From: Scyliorhinus canicula
Lineage: Eukaryota
Assembly: GCF_902713615.1 (NCBI RefSeq)
Contig: NW_024056027.1
Coordinates: forward strand, 62,001-126,000
DNA length: 64,000 bases
Direction: 5' to 3'
The notes beneath the pieces were generated by a model. The model was not told the DNA's origin. It made no database searches and was given only the letters and a program-made list of their open reading frames with translations. Positions 39,871 to 52,993 of the stretch are shown piece after piece. How positions within the stretch are numbered: the first letter of the stretch is position 1; the number at the start of each line of letters is the position of its first letter. Both the position numbers and the translations under genes were made by a program.

Positions 39871-40017
39871 TCGAGTTATAGAGTTTTACAGCACAAAACA
39901 AGGCCCTTTGTCCCATTGTGTCTGTGCCGGCTATCAAGCACCAATCTATTCTAATCTCAGTTTCAGGGATTATTAATATCAACTCAATCAAACTCCAGAT
40001 GTCAGAATCAACATGGA

Positions 40018-40738
40018 TCAGTCCTGGCTGTGATTAACATCAATAACAGCAGAGTCCTGGAGGCACTTGTGAACTCGCTGGTGTGTCTGAAGGGTGGATG
40101 ACTGAATGAATCCCTTCCCACACAGGGAACAGATGAACGCTCCCTCCCTGGTGTGAATGCGCTGGTGTTTCAGCCGGAGGGAATGCTGAGTGAATCCCTT
40201 CCCACACACGGAGCAGGTGAACGGCCTCTCTCCAGTGTGACTGCGCTGGTGAATCAGCAGATCCATTTTGCCTTTGAAGCTCTTCTCACAGGCGGAACAT
40301 TTAAAAGGTCTCGTGTCAGAGTGAACACGTTGGTGTGAAGTGAGGTGGGCAGATTGAGTGAATCCATTCCCACACTCCAGGCAGGTGAATGGTCTCTCCC
40401 CAGTGTGAATGTGTTCATGTCTCATTGGGGTTGATAACTGAGTGAATCCCTTCCCACACTCAGAGCAGGGGTACGGCCTCTCCTCGGTGTGAACCCGCTT
40501 GTGTATCAGCAGATTTGCTTTTCTTTTAAAGCTCTTCTCACAGTCTGAACATTTAAAAGGTCAGGTGTCAGAGTGAACAACTTGGGAGTGTGGTGAGGTG
40601 GGTTAGTCGAGTGAACCTCTTCCCACACTCGTAGCAGGTGAATGGTCTTTCCCCATTGTGACTGCGCCAATGAATTTCCAGCACAGATGGGGATATGAAT
40701 CCCTTCCCACAGTCCTCACATTTCCACGGTTTGTCCAT
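40018..40738 (-). pseudogene. ZNF pseudogene, ~8 fingers
   Basis: MDKPWKC start at 40738; frameshift in finger 2 and a TGA in the next linker; distal ORF 40018-40425 keeps 4 intact fingers. Confidence 0.85.
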
Positions 40739-42136
40739 GGTGCCAGTGTCTTTGTGACTCTCCTTTTAGAGTTATGGGGAGAGGACAGGGTAAGTACACC
40801 TGGGTGGGGTGCTCTTTTGTAGTGTTAGTGCTAACTTGATGGGCCTAATGGCCTACATCTGCACTGTAGGGATTCTATGATGCTGCAAAACCTGTTGAGT
40901 TCATCCAGCATAGGGCAGCACGGTAGCACAGTGGTTACCACTGTTGCTTCACAGCTCCAGAGTCCAAGGTTTGATTCCCGGTTTGGGTCACTGTCTGTGC
41001 GGAGTCTGCACGTTCCTCCCGTGTCTGCGTGGGTTTCCTCCGGGTGCCCCGGTTTCCTCCCACAGTCCTGAAAGACGTGTTGTCAGGTAATTTGGACATT
41101 CTCCCTCAGTGTACCCGAACAGGCGTCTGAGTGTGGCGACTAGGGGATTTTCACAGCAACTTCATTGCAGTGTTAATGTAAGCCTACTTGTGACAACAAT
41201 AAAGATTATTATTATTTCCTGTTTTTACTCGATATTACACATTTTTTATCCACAAATTATGTTTATTGAACCACTATGCCATCAACTACCAGGACCAGGG
41301 GCAGCACAGTAGTTAGCATTGCTGCATCACGGCGCTGAGGTCCCAGGTTCGTTCCCGGCCCTGGGTCATTGTCGGTGTGGAGTTTGCACATTCTCCCCGT
41401 GTTTGTGTGGGTTTTGAACCCACAACCCAAAGATGTGCGGGGTAGGTGGATTGGTCACACTCAATTTCCCCTTAATTGGAAAAAATGAATTGGATAAAGT
41501 TATTTTAAAAACTACAGGGAGCAGTGTGTTGATGTTTCAGCTATTCTGTAGGATTTTCTCTCTCTCAGTCTGATCTGATGGGTCTGTATGGGGATATTTC
41601 CCTGGTACTGTCCATGTCGTTGGGTGTTTGTGTATTTTAGGGAGCAGGTAGAACTTCCTTAGTTCGACCTGTTGTCCCCTCAGATATTCCATCTGATTTT
41701 GGTTAATGTGTCTGGAGTCTGAGTTCTTTCAGTCTGTCTCCAATTCTCCTTCCTGTCTCGGGTATATGGGTCTAGGTAGCTTGGTGTTGTGATTCGTGTT
41801 GTTTAGTTGTCTGTCTTGTCTCCAGCAGGTATTGTTGTTTCTCAATAATGACTGTGTTCCTTTGGCGCTGAGGACCCGGGTTCGAATCCCGGTCCCGGGT
41901 CACTATCTGTGTAGAGTTTTCAGATTCTCCCCGTGTCTGCATGGGTTTCACTCCCATGTCCCAAAGATGTGTCGGTTAAGTGGATTGGTCACGCTAAATT
42001 GGAACTCTAAATTTAAAAAAATAAAATAATGACTGTGCTGTTGTCCTTATCATCTGATCTGATGAACATATCCGGGTTCGATCCAAGCTCCCGGATTGTC
42101 TGTCTCTCTCTCCGGGTAAGATTCTGTTTGTCTCTT

Positions 42137-42680
42137 TTATTTCACTGTGACAGGGCAGAGACCTGATTGAAGGGATTCAAGCATGGGAGTTCTGGGAAAG
42201 ATGGGCAAGGACTTAGGAGGTGGCAACATGTTCAAAGAGTTTGGAGAGGAGAGGGAGGTTGAAGATGGGGCAGTAATTTGTAAGGATGGCAGGGTCAAGG
42301 TTGGTTTTATTGAGGAGGGGGTGATGATGGCAGATTTGAAGGACAGAGGGACAGTACCTGAAGAGAGAGAAATGTTGACAATATCCATGGACACAGGGTA
42401 GTTGGCTGATCAGTAGCCCAGTGGGAATAGGGTCGATGGAGCAGGAGCTGGGTCTCATGGACAAGATGAGCTCTGAGAGGGCATGAGGGGAGATGGGAGA
42501 GAAACTAGAGAAAGATGTGGGTTCAGGGCTCGGGCAAGGGTGAAATTTAGAGAGAGTTTGGTCCGGTGGGTTTGTGGAAGGGAGGGAAGCAGCAGAGGCA
42601 GCTGATCGGATTTATTCAATCTCAGTCACAAAGAAGCTCCACAAGCTCCTCACACTTCTTGTTGGAGGTGAGGATGGAAG
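42137..42680 (-). mobile_element. L2 LINE RT fragment
   Basis: IVNISLSSGTVPLSFKSAIITP and KTNLDPAILTNYCPIFNLPLLSKLFE. Confidence 0.8.
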
Positions 42681-42900
42681 AGACAGGGGAGAGCGAGAGT
42701 ACTTCAAAAGGAACTAACTTGTGTCAGAGTAATGAAAAAGTTTCAACACACTGCGTATTTCACACAGATCTAATTTATTTGACTTTTAGCCAGAATATTA
42801 GCCCCTGTAAATGGGCTGGAGATTGTTATCAGCAGAAAGAGACCCAAATGAACATGGTTCAGTCCTGAATGTGAGGAACAGCAAAATCCAATCACTGTGG

Positions 42901-43854
42901 TTACTTGTGGCCTCGTTGGTGTCTCAGCAGGTGGGATAACTGAGTGAATCCCTTCCCACATTCTGAGCAGGTGAATGGTCTCTCCCCAGTATGAATACGA
43001 TAGTGGTTCTGCAGGGTGGATGACTGAGTGAATCCCTTCCCACATTCTGAGCAGGTGAATGGTCTCGCCCCAGTGTGAATTAGCTGGTGTGTGGAGAGAG
43101 CGGATGACTGAGTGAATCCCTTCCCACACTGGGAGCAGGTAAACGGTCTCTCCCCGGTGTGAATTTGCTGATGTACAGTGAGGTGAAATGATCGTCTGAA
43201 CCCAGTCCCGCAGTGAGAGCACCTAAACGGTCTCTTGTCAGTGTGAACACGTTGATGGCTCATGAGATTCCCAGAACTTTTATAGCACTTCCCGCAGTCT
43301 GGACATTGAAACGGTCTCTCATCAGTGTGAACTCGCTGGTGATTCAGCAGGCGGGCTGAAATAGTAAATCCCTTCCCACACTCTGAGCAGGTGAATGGCC
43401 TCTCCCCAGTGTGACTTCGCTGATGTACAGTGAGGTCAGATGATCGTCTGAAACCAGTCCCGCAGTGAGAGCACCTGAACGGTCTCTCGTCAGTGTGAAC
43501 ACGTTGATGGCGCATCAGTTCTGCAGAACTTTTATAGCACTTCCCGCAATCTGGACATTGAAACGGTCTCTCATCAGTGTGAACTCGCTGGTGACTCAGC
43601 AGGTGGGATGACTTAGTAAATCCCTTCCCACACTTGGAGCAGGTGAATGGTCTCTCCCCGGTGTGACTGCGTCGATGAGTTTCCAGCTTGGATGGGACAG
43701 TGAATCCCTTCCCACAGTCCGCACATTTCCATGGTTTCTCCTCGGTGTTACTGCATTTGTGGCTTGTGAGGCCTGAGGATTGAATGAATCCTCGTCCACA
43801 CACACAACACGTGTACGGTTTCCCCGCACTGTGAACAATGCTTTCTCCTTCCAT
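42901..43854 (-). CDS. C2H2 zinc-finger protein, 10 canonical fingers + 1 degenerate; cleanest gene in the cluster
   Basis: 317-aa ATG-to-TAA ORF; acceptor ttcatag|g ~44071 with a SINE in the 5' UTR; family 3' module after the stop. Confidence 0.9.
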   Translation of the reverse strand: MEGESIVHSAGKPYTCCVCGRGFIQSSGLTSHKCSNTEEKPWKCADCGKGFTVPSKLETHRRSHTGERPFTCSKCGKGFTKSSHLLSHQRVHTDERPFQCPDCGKCYKSSAELMRHQRVHTDERPFRCSHCGTGFRRSSDLTVHQRSHTGERPFTCSECGKGFTISARLLNHQRVHTDERPFQCPDCGKCYKSSGNLMSHQRVHTDKRPFRCSHCGTGFRRSFHLTVHQQIHTGERPFTCSQCGKGFTQSSALSTHQLIHTGARPFTCSECGKGFTQSSTLQNHYRIHTGERPFTCSECGKGFTQLSHLLRHQRGHK

Positions 43855-46800
43855 GTTCAGTGATATTCTGATGATGTTCAGGATATGATAAATTGAGGAC
43901 TCTGCCAGATCCTGATGTGATGCTTGGTTTGCTTCGTACCAGCCTCAGCGAACAGGCGCCGGAATGTGGCGACTAGGGGCTTTTCACAGTAACTTCATTG
44001 AAGCCTACTCGCGACAATAAGCGATTTTCATTTTCATTCTCCAGACTTTGAAGCATCCCCTTCGACCACCCTATGAAATGGATTCAAAACAGAAAATAGG
44101 GAGTGAGAGAGAACCCACAGAAACACAAAGGCAGATTGTGAAACTGAGCTGAATGAATCTGGTCATTTATGGGGCCGGCTCTGGGGAAAAAGTGACCATG
44201 AAAACTGCTGGATTGTCAGAAAAACCCAACTGGCCTCTTTTTGAGGAGAGAGAAAGAGGTGAAGAGGGATTTTATATATCTACAAGACATATTAAGAGAG
44301 TAGTTGGCAAAGCAAATTCGATCTTGAGCTTCATAAACCGTAATATTGATACTGAAACTATGCTTCTGATGGCACAGTGATTAGCACTGCTGCCTCACAG
44401 CGCCAGGGACCCGGGTTCAATTCCGTGGTGACTGTGTGGAGTTTTCACTTTCTCCCCGTGTCCGCGTGGGTTTCCATCTGGTGCTCAGGTTTTCTCCAAC
44501 AGTCTAAAGAAGGGCACGTTCAGTGGATTGGCCTTGATAAATTGCCCCTTAGTGTCCAGGGATGTGCAGGTTCGGTGGGGCTATAGGGTTAGAGAGACAT
44601 GGTAGGAGTGTGGGCCTAGGCATGGTGTCCTTTCAGAGAATAGGTGGAGACCAGATGGGCCAAATGGCCCCAATTGTGCACTCTAAGAATTCTATGGTTC
44701 TAATTCTATTCTATGAATCTTTATAAAGCTCTGATCACCACTCTTCAGGAAGAATGTGAAGGTTCTTGGAGAAGGTGCAGAGGAGATTTACCAGAATGGT
44801 TCCAGCAAAGGAGGTTGAGGGGAGATTTGATTCAGGAACACAAGATTGTCAGATTTCGATCAGGTGGGCAAAGAAACTCTGTTTCCATTCACTGATCGTA
44901 CAAGCAGCCGAGACACAGATTTAAAGTTTTGGGTAAAACCTGGATTGAACGATATAAGGTCCTGAGGGGTCTTGACAGGGTGGATGTGGAGAGGATGTTT
45001 CCTCTTGTGGGAGAATCTGGAACAAGGGGGTCACTGTTGCAAAGTGAGGGGTCACCCATTTCAGATGGGAATAAGGATTTTGTTTTCTCTTGAGGGTTGC
45101 AAGACAGTGGGTGGCATAGTGGTTAGCACTGCTGCCTCACAGCACCAGGGAGCCGGGTCCAATTCCCACCCTGACTGTGTGGAGTTTGCACTTTCTCCCC
45201 GTGTCTATGTGGGTTTCCTCCAGGTGCTCTGGTTCCCTCGCACAGTTCAAAGATGTGCAGGGTAGGTTGAATTGGTTAGGACTGTATTCGCTGGAGTTCA
45301 GAAGAATGAGGGGGGATCTCATAGAAACCTATAAAAAGTGGGTGGTACAGTGGTTAGCACTGCTGCCTCATGTCGCCGAGGACCTGGGTTCGATCCCGGC
45401 CCAGGGTCACGGTCTGTGTGGAGTTTACACATTCTCCCTGTGTTTGTGTGGGTCTCACTCCACAAATCCAAAGATGTGCATGTGTAGATTGGCCACGCTA
45501 AAATTGCCCCTTAATTGCAAAAAAAGAATTGGACAGTCTAAATTTACATTTAAAAAGAACAAGGCAAGACAGAGTAGATTCAGGAAGGATGTTCCTGATA
45601 GTGGGTGTGTCCAGAAATAGGGGTCACAGTCTGAGGATACGGGGTAGACCATATAGGACAGAGATGAGGAGAAATTTCTTCACCCAGAGAGTGATGAGCC
45701 TGTGGAATTCGTCGCCACAGGAACTAATTAAAGCCAAAACATTGTATGTTTTCAAGAAGTAGTCAGATACAGCACTGAGGGTGAAGGGGATCAAAGGATA
45801 TGGGGGGAAAGCAGGATTAGGCTATTGAGTTGAATCAGCTCTGATCGTAATGAATGGTGGAGCAGGCTCGAAGGGCCAAATGGCCTCCTGCTCCTATTTT
45901 CTATGTTGCTGCATATCTGTGTATGTAAATGGTCCAGGAGGTATGAGGAAGAATGTTTTTACACAGCCAGTGGCAACAACCTTAAACTTGCTGCCTGTGA
46001 CAGAGTTTGGAAATAGACACAATACATGATTTTTTTATAATTGGATAGATCCCTGAGAGAAATAAAGCTGTGAGGATACAGAGACAGAGCAGGAGAATGA
46101 CTCTGACTGGATTGCTCCAGATAATAATAATAATATTTATTAGTGTCACAAGTAGGCTTACATTAACAGTGTAATGAAATTACTAAGAAAATCCCCAATT
46201 CGTCACACTCCGGCACCTGTTTAGGTACACTGAGCGAGAATTCAGAATGTCCAATTCACCTAACAAGCACGTCTTTCGGGATTCCCGGCTGGGTCACTGT
46301 CTGTGTGGAGTCTGCACGTCCTCCCCGTGTGTGCGTGGGTTTCCTCCGGGTGCTCCGGTTTCCTCCCACAGTCCAAAGATGTGCGGGTTAGGTGGATTGG
46401 CCATGCTAAATTGCCCGCAGTGTCCTAAAAAGTAAGGTTATGGGGGGGGTTTGTTGGGTTACGGGTATAGGGTGGATACGTGGGTTTGAGTAGGGTGATC
46501 ATTGCTCAGCACAACATCGAGGGCCGAAGGGCCTGTTCTGTGCTGTACTGTTCTACGTTCTATATTCTACTTGTGGGAGCAAACCGCAGCACCTGGAGGA
46601 AACCCAAGCAGACACAGGAAGAAAATGAAGACTCCGCACAGACAGTGACTCAAGCCGGGAATCGAACCCGGGTCCCTTGTGCTGTGAAGCAACAGTGCTA
46701 ACCATTGTGCCGATTAGAGAGCTAGCATGGACTCAATGGACTGAATGCCCTTCTCTGGCCATGTTTTTTCTTTAACTTTTAAAAATAAATTTAGAGTACC

Positions 46801-47209
46801 CAATTATTTTTTTCCAATTAAGGGGCAATTTGGCGTGGTCAATCCACCTATAGCCTGCACATCTTTGAGTTGTGGGGGTGAAACCCATGCAAACACGGGG
46901 AGAATGTCCAGACTCCACACGGACATGACCCAGAGCCGGGATCGAACCTGGGACCTCGGCGCTGTGAGGCAGCAGTGCTACTCACTGCGTTACCGTGCTG
47001 ACAGCTGACTCTGACATTTCTGTCTAATATCGTCTTGTAATCTAACCCCGGGGGGGTTCAGATATCATTCAGGTAAATCTGTGCTGCACTCGCTCCAAGG
47101 CCATTTCATCCTTCCTCAGGCCTAACCATTGTTTGTGAATCTGGGGGCTTTTCCAGTCACACTGAGACCTGAAATCTTCCCTCACAGACAGAACAGTCAA
47201 ACCTTTTAC

Positions 47210-47325
47210 CTTCCACACCCAGATGCTGCTGATATTCAGGTTCTGATGAACCGAGTGACTCTGTCAGATCGCGATGTGACGTTTGGTTTGCGTTTCCCGT
47301 CTGTTAAACCTCCACTTCCAGTATC
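47210..47325 (-). other. Orphan ZNF-exon start / candidate 5' UTR exon of the 43-kb gene
   Basis: tttacag|gatactgg acceptor and tggaag|gtaaaa donor; homologous to the 5' end of family ZNF exons. Confidence 0.35.
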
Positions 47326-47659
47326 CTGTAAATTTACAGAAACCACACTGTCAGTTCAGGATTGAAAGTCACAACATTCTCTCCTCACCAACTTTAATTA
47401 AATGTATTCCTGGAGGTTTGATCACATGACCTGCTCCCATCCTCCAGCCATTAATCTGTCAACACATCCATCCTTGTGACACACTGCCTTCCTCGGCCAA
47501 TTGGGAAGCAAAAGGACTCATTACCTTACAGGACAGCGATTGACTGTCAGCCAAACAACTTTTATCCCATTTTCAATATTTTTATATCCACTGAAGAGAA
47601 ATGTTCAAAAATCTTCTTTACTGTCCCAATGATTTTCCAGACACCCAGGTGTGAATCTC

Positions 47660-48100
47660 ACCAAGGCAGAAGGTAAAATTTGAATTCATTGAAAGTTTAC
47701 TGATGACCATGAAACCACTGTCAATTGTTGCAAAGACCCACCAGGTTCACTCCTGTCCTTCAGTGAAGGAAATCTTCTATCCTTACCTGGTCTGGCCTAC
47801 ATGTGACTCCAGATCCACAGTCAGCTGGTTGACCCTTAAAATGCTCCCTGAGATGCTCTCAGTTCAAGGGCAATTAGGGCTGGGCAGTGAATGCTGGCCC
47901 AGCCAGCGACACCCACATCCCATGAATGAACAGAAAAAAAAAATCTGCCATCCATGCCTGGTCTGGCCGACACGGTTCCAAACCACAGCAATGTGGTTGA
48001 CTCTTTAAATGTCCTCTGAAATGCCACTCGGTTTAAGGGAAATTAGGGATGGGCAATAAATGTTTGCCCAGCCAGTGACTCCCACAAATGAATAAAATAA
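47660..48100 (+). mobile_element. Deu-domain SINE with tandemly doubled 3' half
   Basis: ctggtctggcc...tggttgac...aattaggg.tgggca...atgaa occurs twice (~47785-47935 and ~47950-48095). Confidence 0.7.
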
Positions 48101-48359
48101 AATCATGGAGACTCCAGTCAGTCAATCCGGGAGAGTTGGCATCCTGTCCAGACTCGCAGCACATAATAATAATAATCATGTATTGTCACAAGTAGGCTTC
48201 AATGAAGTTACTTTGCAAAGCCCCTAGTCACCACATTCCAGCACCTGTTCGGGACGGCTGGTACGGGAACTGAACCCGCGCTGCTGGCCCTGTTCGGCAT
48301 TACAAGCCAGCTGTCTTAGCCCACTGTGCTAAACCAGCCCCTTCCCTGTGGCACCTTGT

Positions 48360-48650
48360 CCTCTGTAAAGATGGCGGCCGGTAACCCGGGCCTGTCACCG
48401 CTCAGCTCTCACTCTGTTCAGTGCTGTTTCAGAAAAAAAATTAAAAACCATTAACATTTTCCTCAGGAGTTGAAGCCCCTACGGGGTATTTATGAAGCCT
48501 CCCGGCTCACTCTGCAGCTTCTATTGCTCCCCGGCCACCCACCGGCTCCAATCCCGAAAGTCGATCGATTGTTTCTTTCCTGCTCCTCGCACCGTCATCG
48601 ACAACCTGAACGGCGCATGCTCCAGTCACAGACTGACTCTGCGCATGTAT
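48360..48650. promoter_or_regulatory. Promoter-like cassette (paralog of 29520-29680)
   Basis: AAGATGGCGGCC ~48367; ggcctgtcaccg; gcgcatgctccag. Confidence 0.55.
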
Positions 48651-49019
48651 GAGAAGCTTTTGTCATATGGATAGAGCACATTCTCAACTGTGTTGGGTAT
48701 GTTGGGTAATAAACCCGCCATTGAAATGGATATTTTTGATATAAATTATGTTTTGCAAACTGATTACGATTAGTAACATTGGGTCAAGGCAACACCCACA
48801 TCCCAAGGACAAATAAAGGAAAGTTGGCAGTTCGAAAGGCAAATGCAATGTTCGCATTCATTTCAAGAGAGCTACAATACAAGATGAATGGGGATGAGAA
48901 ACATATGAGCCATGATCGAATGGCAGAGCAAACTCAAACACTCGATGGGCTGAATGGCCTAATTCTGCTTCTCAATCTTTTTTTTTAATGAGGGGATCTC
49001 ATAGAAAGATTTGTAAAAA

Positions 49020-51400
49020 AAATTGTTGGAATCCATCCCAGACCTGGATACAGATCAATTGATTCTTGGAGGAGACTTCAATTGTGTTCTGGACCCTAAA
49101 TGGACTGGTCCAAGATGATTCAACCACAACAAAAACATGAAAAAGGAATGAAACCAGACGGACCACCCGGCATCGACCCAGGCATCAGAAACCACAACGG
49201 CAAACCCAGCAAAAGATTTTTAGAAACTGTTCCCATCAGTAGATTGTAAAAGGATTATGGGACACAGATTTAAGATTGTGAACAAGATCTACAGGGGAGA
49301 TAGGAGGTAGACATTTTAATGAGTGATAATGATATGGAACTCAATGCTTCCACACAAAGGTCAATAATCTCCAGGTAACTCGAACAGCGGTGTTAAAATT
49401 TGATGTGAGGATTGGTTGTGAGTTTCCTGTCTGCAAATCCCTTTCTAAGCTCCTGTGAAAGATGTTTACAAAGGCATCACTGTCAATCCAGAAATAAAAT
49501 TCAAGAAATCCTGGTTTGAATTTGCTGTGTGTAAATCTTCCCCTACTAATCCCCTGCAAAAGGAGTTTCCAAAATTAATCACCGTCAGTCCAGGATAGAA
49601 ATTCACAACATTCTCCCCTCCTGCTTATGAGTCCAGGGTGACCGCTCATACCCCGCTCATACATCCTCCCCCCCCCCCCCCTCCCCCCCCCCCCCCCCCC
49701 ACTGCACACCGATCCTCTTGTCATCAGCAGTCCCTCGATTTGAGGGTGACGTCTACTCAGGATTGTAAATTTATATCTGGGTCTTCATGTGACGGAACAG
49801 AGCCACAGAGCTTTGGACACATGGGGCAGGATGTCCAATGAGACAGTTAGATCTGGAGAGCAGGATTGGCTTCCTTTTCTTTCCATCTCTGCCACCGCTT
49901 TGCATCATCAATAAGACATTGGGACTCAAAGACTAATCCAGTTTGATGGACAAGTTGTCTCCATTCTGAACAATGGGGAACAAGCTCCTCCCACTCATTG
50001 AAACATCGCCCCGACAAAGATGAGAAACGCGCATGCGCCCTGATACACATACAATAAAGATGGCGGCCGTTAACCCGAACTGAAATGAGGAGCTGCAGCT
50101 CCGCTCGGTACAAACGGGGTCCCGTAAACTCTTTTCCGAGGATTGCAGCTAACAACAGCTTCACACAACGTTCCCGCCCACCCCCGCGATCTCTCGCTGC
50201 CTCCATATTGTTAAACGCCTGTTACCAATTTCGTATCTCAACAACACGCTCCTCTCCTTCGCCATTACCCACACTGCGCATGCTTCAGTCACAGCGGACC
50301 CCGCCCCTCATTCACTCCGATTGGTTGGAGGACCAGCCGCTCCCGGCCGGACCTCAAGTCCCGCCCCTTATCTTCCTATTGGCCGAGAGCTGCCGTCACT
50401 CACCCGGGCATTGTGACGGTGACAGATGGTGAGAGCAGCCACAGGCTCAGGCTGACTGGCTGATTGTCCAATAAGAACAGTGAGAGTCTCAGTGGGACAA
50501 TCAGACAATAATAGTGGAGATGGGGCCCAGAGGGGAAAGAGCAAAGGATTCACTCACTTTGAGAGTAAAAAAGACAGTGTCTCTTCCCATAATCAGAGTC
50601 AGGCTGCAGTGTGTGAGTGAACACATCTTTGGACCCAGTGGAGAATCATAGAATCCCCACAGTTCTGAAGGAGGCCATTTGGCCCAGTGAATCTACACTG
50701 ACCCTCTGCAAGATCACCCTCCCTTGGCCAAACCCCTACCCTAACCCGTAACCCCACGCAGGAATAATTTAGCACAGCTTTGGACTGTGGAAGGAAATCT
50801 TTGCAGCCACGGGAAGAATGTGTGAACTCCACATAGACACTGACCCAAGGTCGGAATCGAACCCAGGTACCTGGTCCTTATGGCAACAGTGCTAACTACC
50901 GAGCCACCCCCGGAACTCTGTCATGATTAGACAATAACCTACCTGTTATTCCAATTCTGGTGTATGTTCCTCTGTCACTATTATTATTAGACAATAATAG
51001 GAGGGCACGATGCAAGGTAAATAGAACAAAGGAAACAAACTTAGGGACAAAGCAAAAGGGCCACTCCAGTTTGAGGCACTGCCCGAACATTTCCTTTGTT
51101 TCCTTTGTTCAATTTTGTTGGTGGACCTCAAAAGAGTGGCTAATCCACCTAGCCTGCACATCTTTGGGTTGTGGGGGTGAGACTCACGGAGGCACGGGAG
51201 AATGTGCAAAGCCACATGGCAGTGACCCGGGGCCGGGATCAAACCTGGGTCCTCAGCACCATGAGGCAGCAGTGCTAATCACTGCCACCGTGCCGCCCTT
51301 TGTCATAATGTTTCCATTCCTATTTTATCACACCTCCCAGTGACACTTATTGTAACACAGAACTTCAAAATATTATTGCTATCTTGCATCTTGCCCTCAT
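49020..51400 (+). repeat. Direct paralog of ~11480-13930, including the CpG promoter (50020-50420)
   Basis: Colinear L1 fragment, acceptor cassettes, poly-C, NRF1/YY1/GC/CCAAT motifs; lacks the SINE found at 12270-12505. Confidence 0.9.
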
Positions 51401-51591
51401 GTTAGTGTCTAATTATAAGAGTAACAGAGTAACACACACCATAATTGGAATATCAGATAGGTTATTGTCTAATAATAACAGTAACAAAGTAACACACACC
51501 AGAATTGGGATAACAGGCAGGTTACGGGGGTGGTTCGGTAGTTAGCACTGTTGCCTCAAGAACCAGGTACCTGGGTTCGATTCCGACCTTG
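50846..51591. repeat. Local fold-back inverted repeat (~175-215-bp arms)
   Basis: caaggtcggaatcgaacccaggtacctgg (50846) is the exact reverse complement of ccaggtacctgggttcgattccgaccttg (ending 51591). Confidence 0.85.
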
Positions 51592-51884
51592 AACATAGAA
51601 CAGTACAGCACAGAACAGGCCCTTTGGCCCTCGATGTTGTGCCGAGCTTTGTCCGAAACCAAGATCAAGCTTTCCCACTCCCTGTAATTGTGGTGTGCTC
51701 CATGTGCCCATTCAATGGGGCTGGTTTAGCTCACTCAGCTAAATCGTTGGCTTTTAAAGCAGGCCGGCAGCACAGCCTGTACCACCCTCCCCGGACAGGC
51801 GCTGGAATGTGGCGAGTAGGGGCTTTTCACAGTAACTTTATTGAAGCCTACTCATGACAATAAGCGATTTTCATTTCATTTCGA

Positions 51885-52460
51885 TAACCGCTTGAAAGTT
51901 CCTAAAGTGTCTGACTTCACTATCACAACAAGCAGTCCATTCCACACCCTAACCATTCTCTGAGTAAAGAACCTACGTCGGACATCCCTCCTATATCTCC
52001 CACCCTGTATCTTATAGTTATGCCCCCTTGTAACAGCTACATCTACCCGAGGAAATAGTCTCTGAACGTCCACTCTATCTATCCCCCTCATCATCTTCTA
52101 AACCTCAATTAACTCATCTCTCATCCTCCTCTGCTCCAAAGAGAAAAGCCCTAGCTCCCTCAACCTTTCCTCAGAAGACCTACCCTCCAAACCAGGCAGC
52201 ATCCTGGTAAATCTCCTTTTCACCCTTTCCAATGCTTCCACAGCCTTCCAAGAGTGAGGTGTCCAGAACTGCACACAATACTCCAAATGTGGTCTCACCA
52301 GGGTCATGTACTGTTGCAGCATGACCTGGTCACTTATTACAAGACAACAGGCCTTCTTCACGGCTCTATCCACGTGAGTGGCAATCTTCAGAGATCTGTG
52401 GACATGAACCCCAAGGTCACTCTGTTCCTCCACATTCATCAGAACCCTGCCGTTGACCCT
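51885..52460 (-). mobile_element. CR1 3' portion
   Basis: LVRPHLEYCVQFWTPH...LERVKRRFTRMLPGL; TRGHNYKI. Confidence 0.9.
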
Positions 52461-52754
52461 GTAATCTGCAGTGCGGTAGCATTGTGGTTAGGACAATTGC
52501 TTTGCAGCTCTAGGGTCCCAGGTTCAATACCTCGGGACTAAAGAACACAAATTTAAGACCGAGCTTAACCAAAAAATGACTTATGTTAAGTTCGAAATAA
52601 TTTCTACATCTCATAGTTTTATATGTTGAAACATCTGTTTTTTAAAGAAACAGCTGTTGACTTGTAATAAGTGACGTGGACTCTCAGCCTCACCATTCGA
52701 ATCTGCAGCAACACAGTGACGTTGTACATCACACACGTCCGTTGATTGCCAGCG

Positions 52755-52826
52755 GTTTCTGTAGTGTAGTGGTTATCACATTCCCCTAACACGCGAAAGG
52801 TCCCCAGCCCGAAACCGGCAGAAACA
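52755..52826 (+). pseudogene. tRNA-Val(AAC) pseudogene
   Basis: gtttctgtagtgtagtggttatcac...ctAACacgcgaaaggtcccc; T-loop TTC changed to CCC; anticodon-stem mismatch. Confidence 0.85.
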
Positions 52827-52920
52827 TCTCGTACTTCTAGTTTAGTCTGCTGCTGAATATTACCTCAATCTCGTAACTGGTCTTCATCGGCGAGGAATAA
52901 CAGAAGCCATGCACCGCTAT

Positions 52921-52993
52921 GGGCCAGTGACGCAATGGATAACGTGTCTGACTACGAATCAGGAGATTCCAGGTTCGACTCCTGGCTTTCTCG
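52921..52993 (+). tRNA. tRNA-Arg-ACG: tRNA-Arg(ACG), probably non-functional
   Basis: Near-canonical GGGCCAGTG..CAATGGATAAC..GTCTGACT ACG; two acceptor-stem mismatches (GG changed to TT) and A37. Confidence 0.75.
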
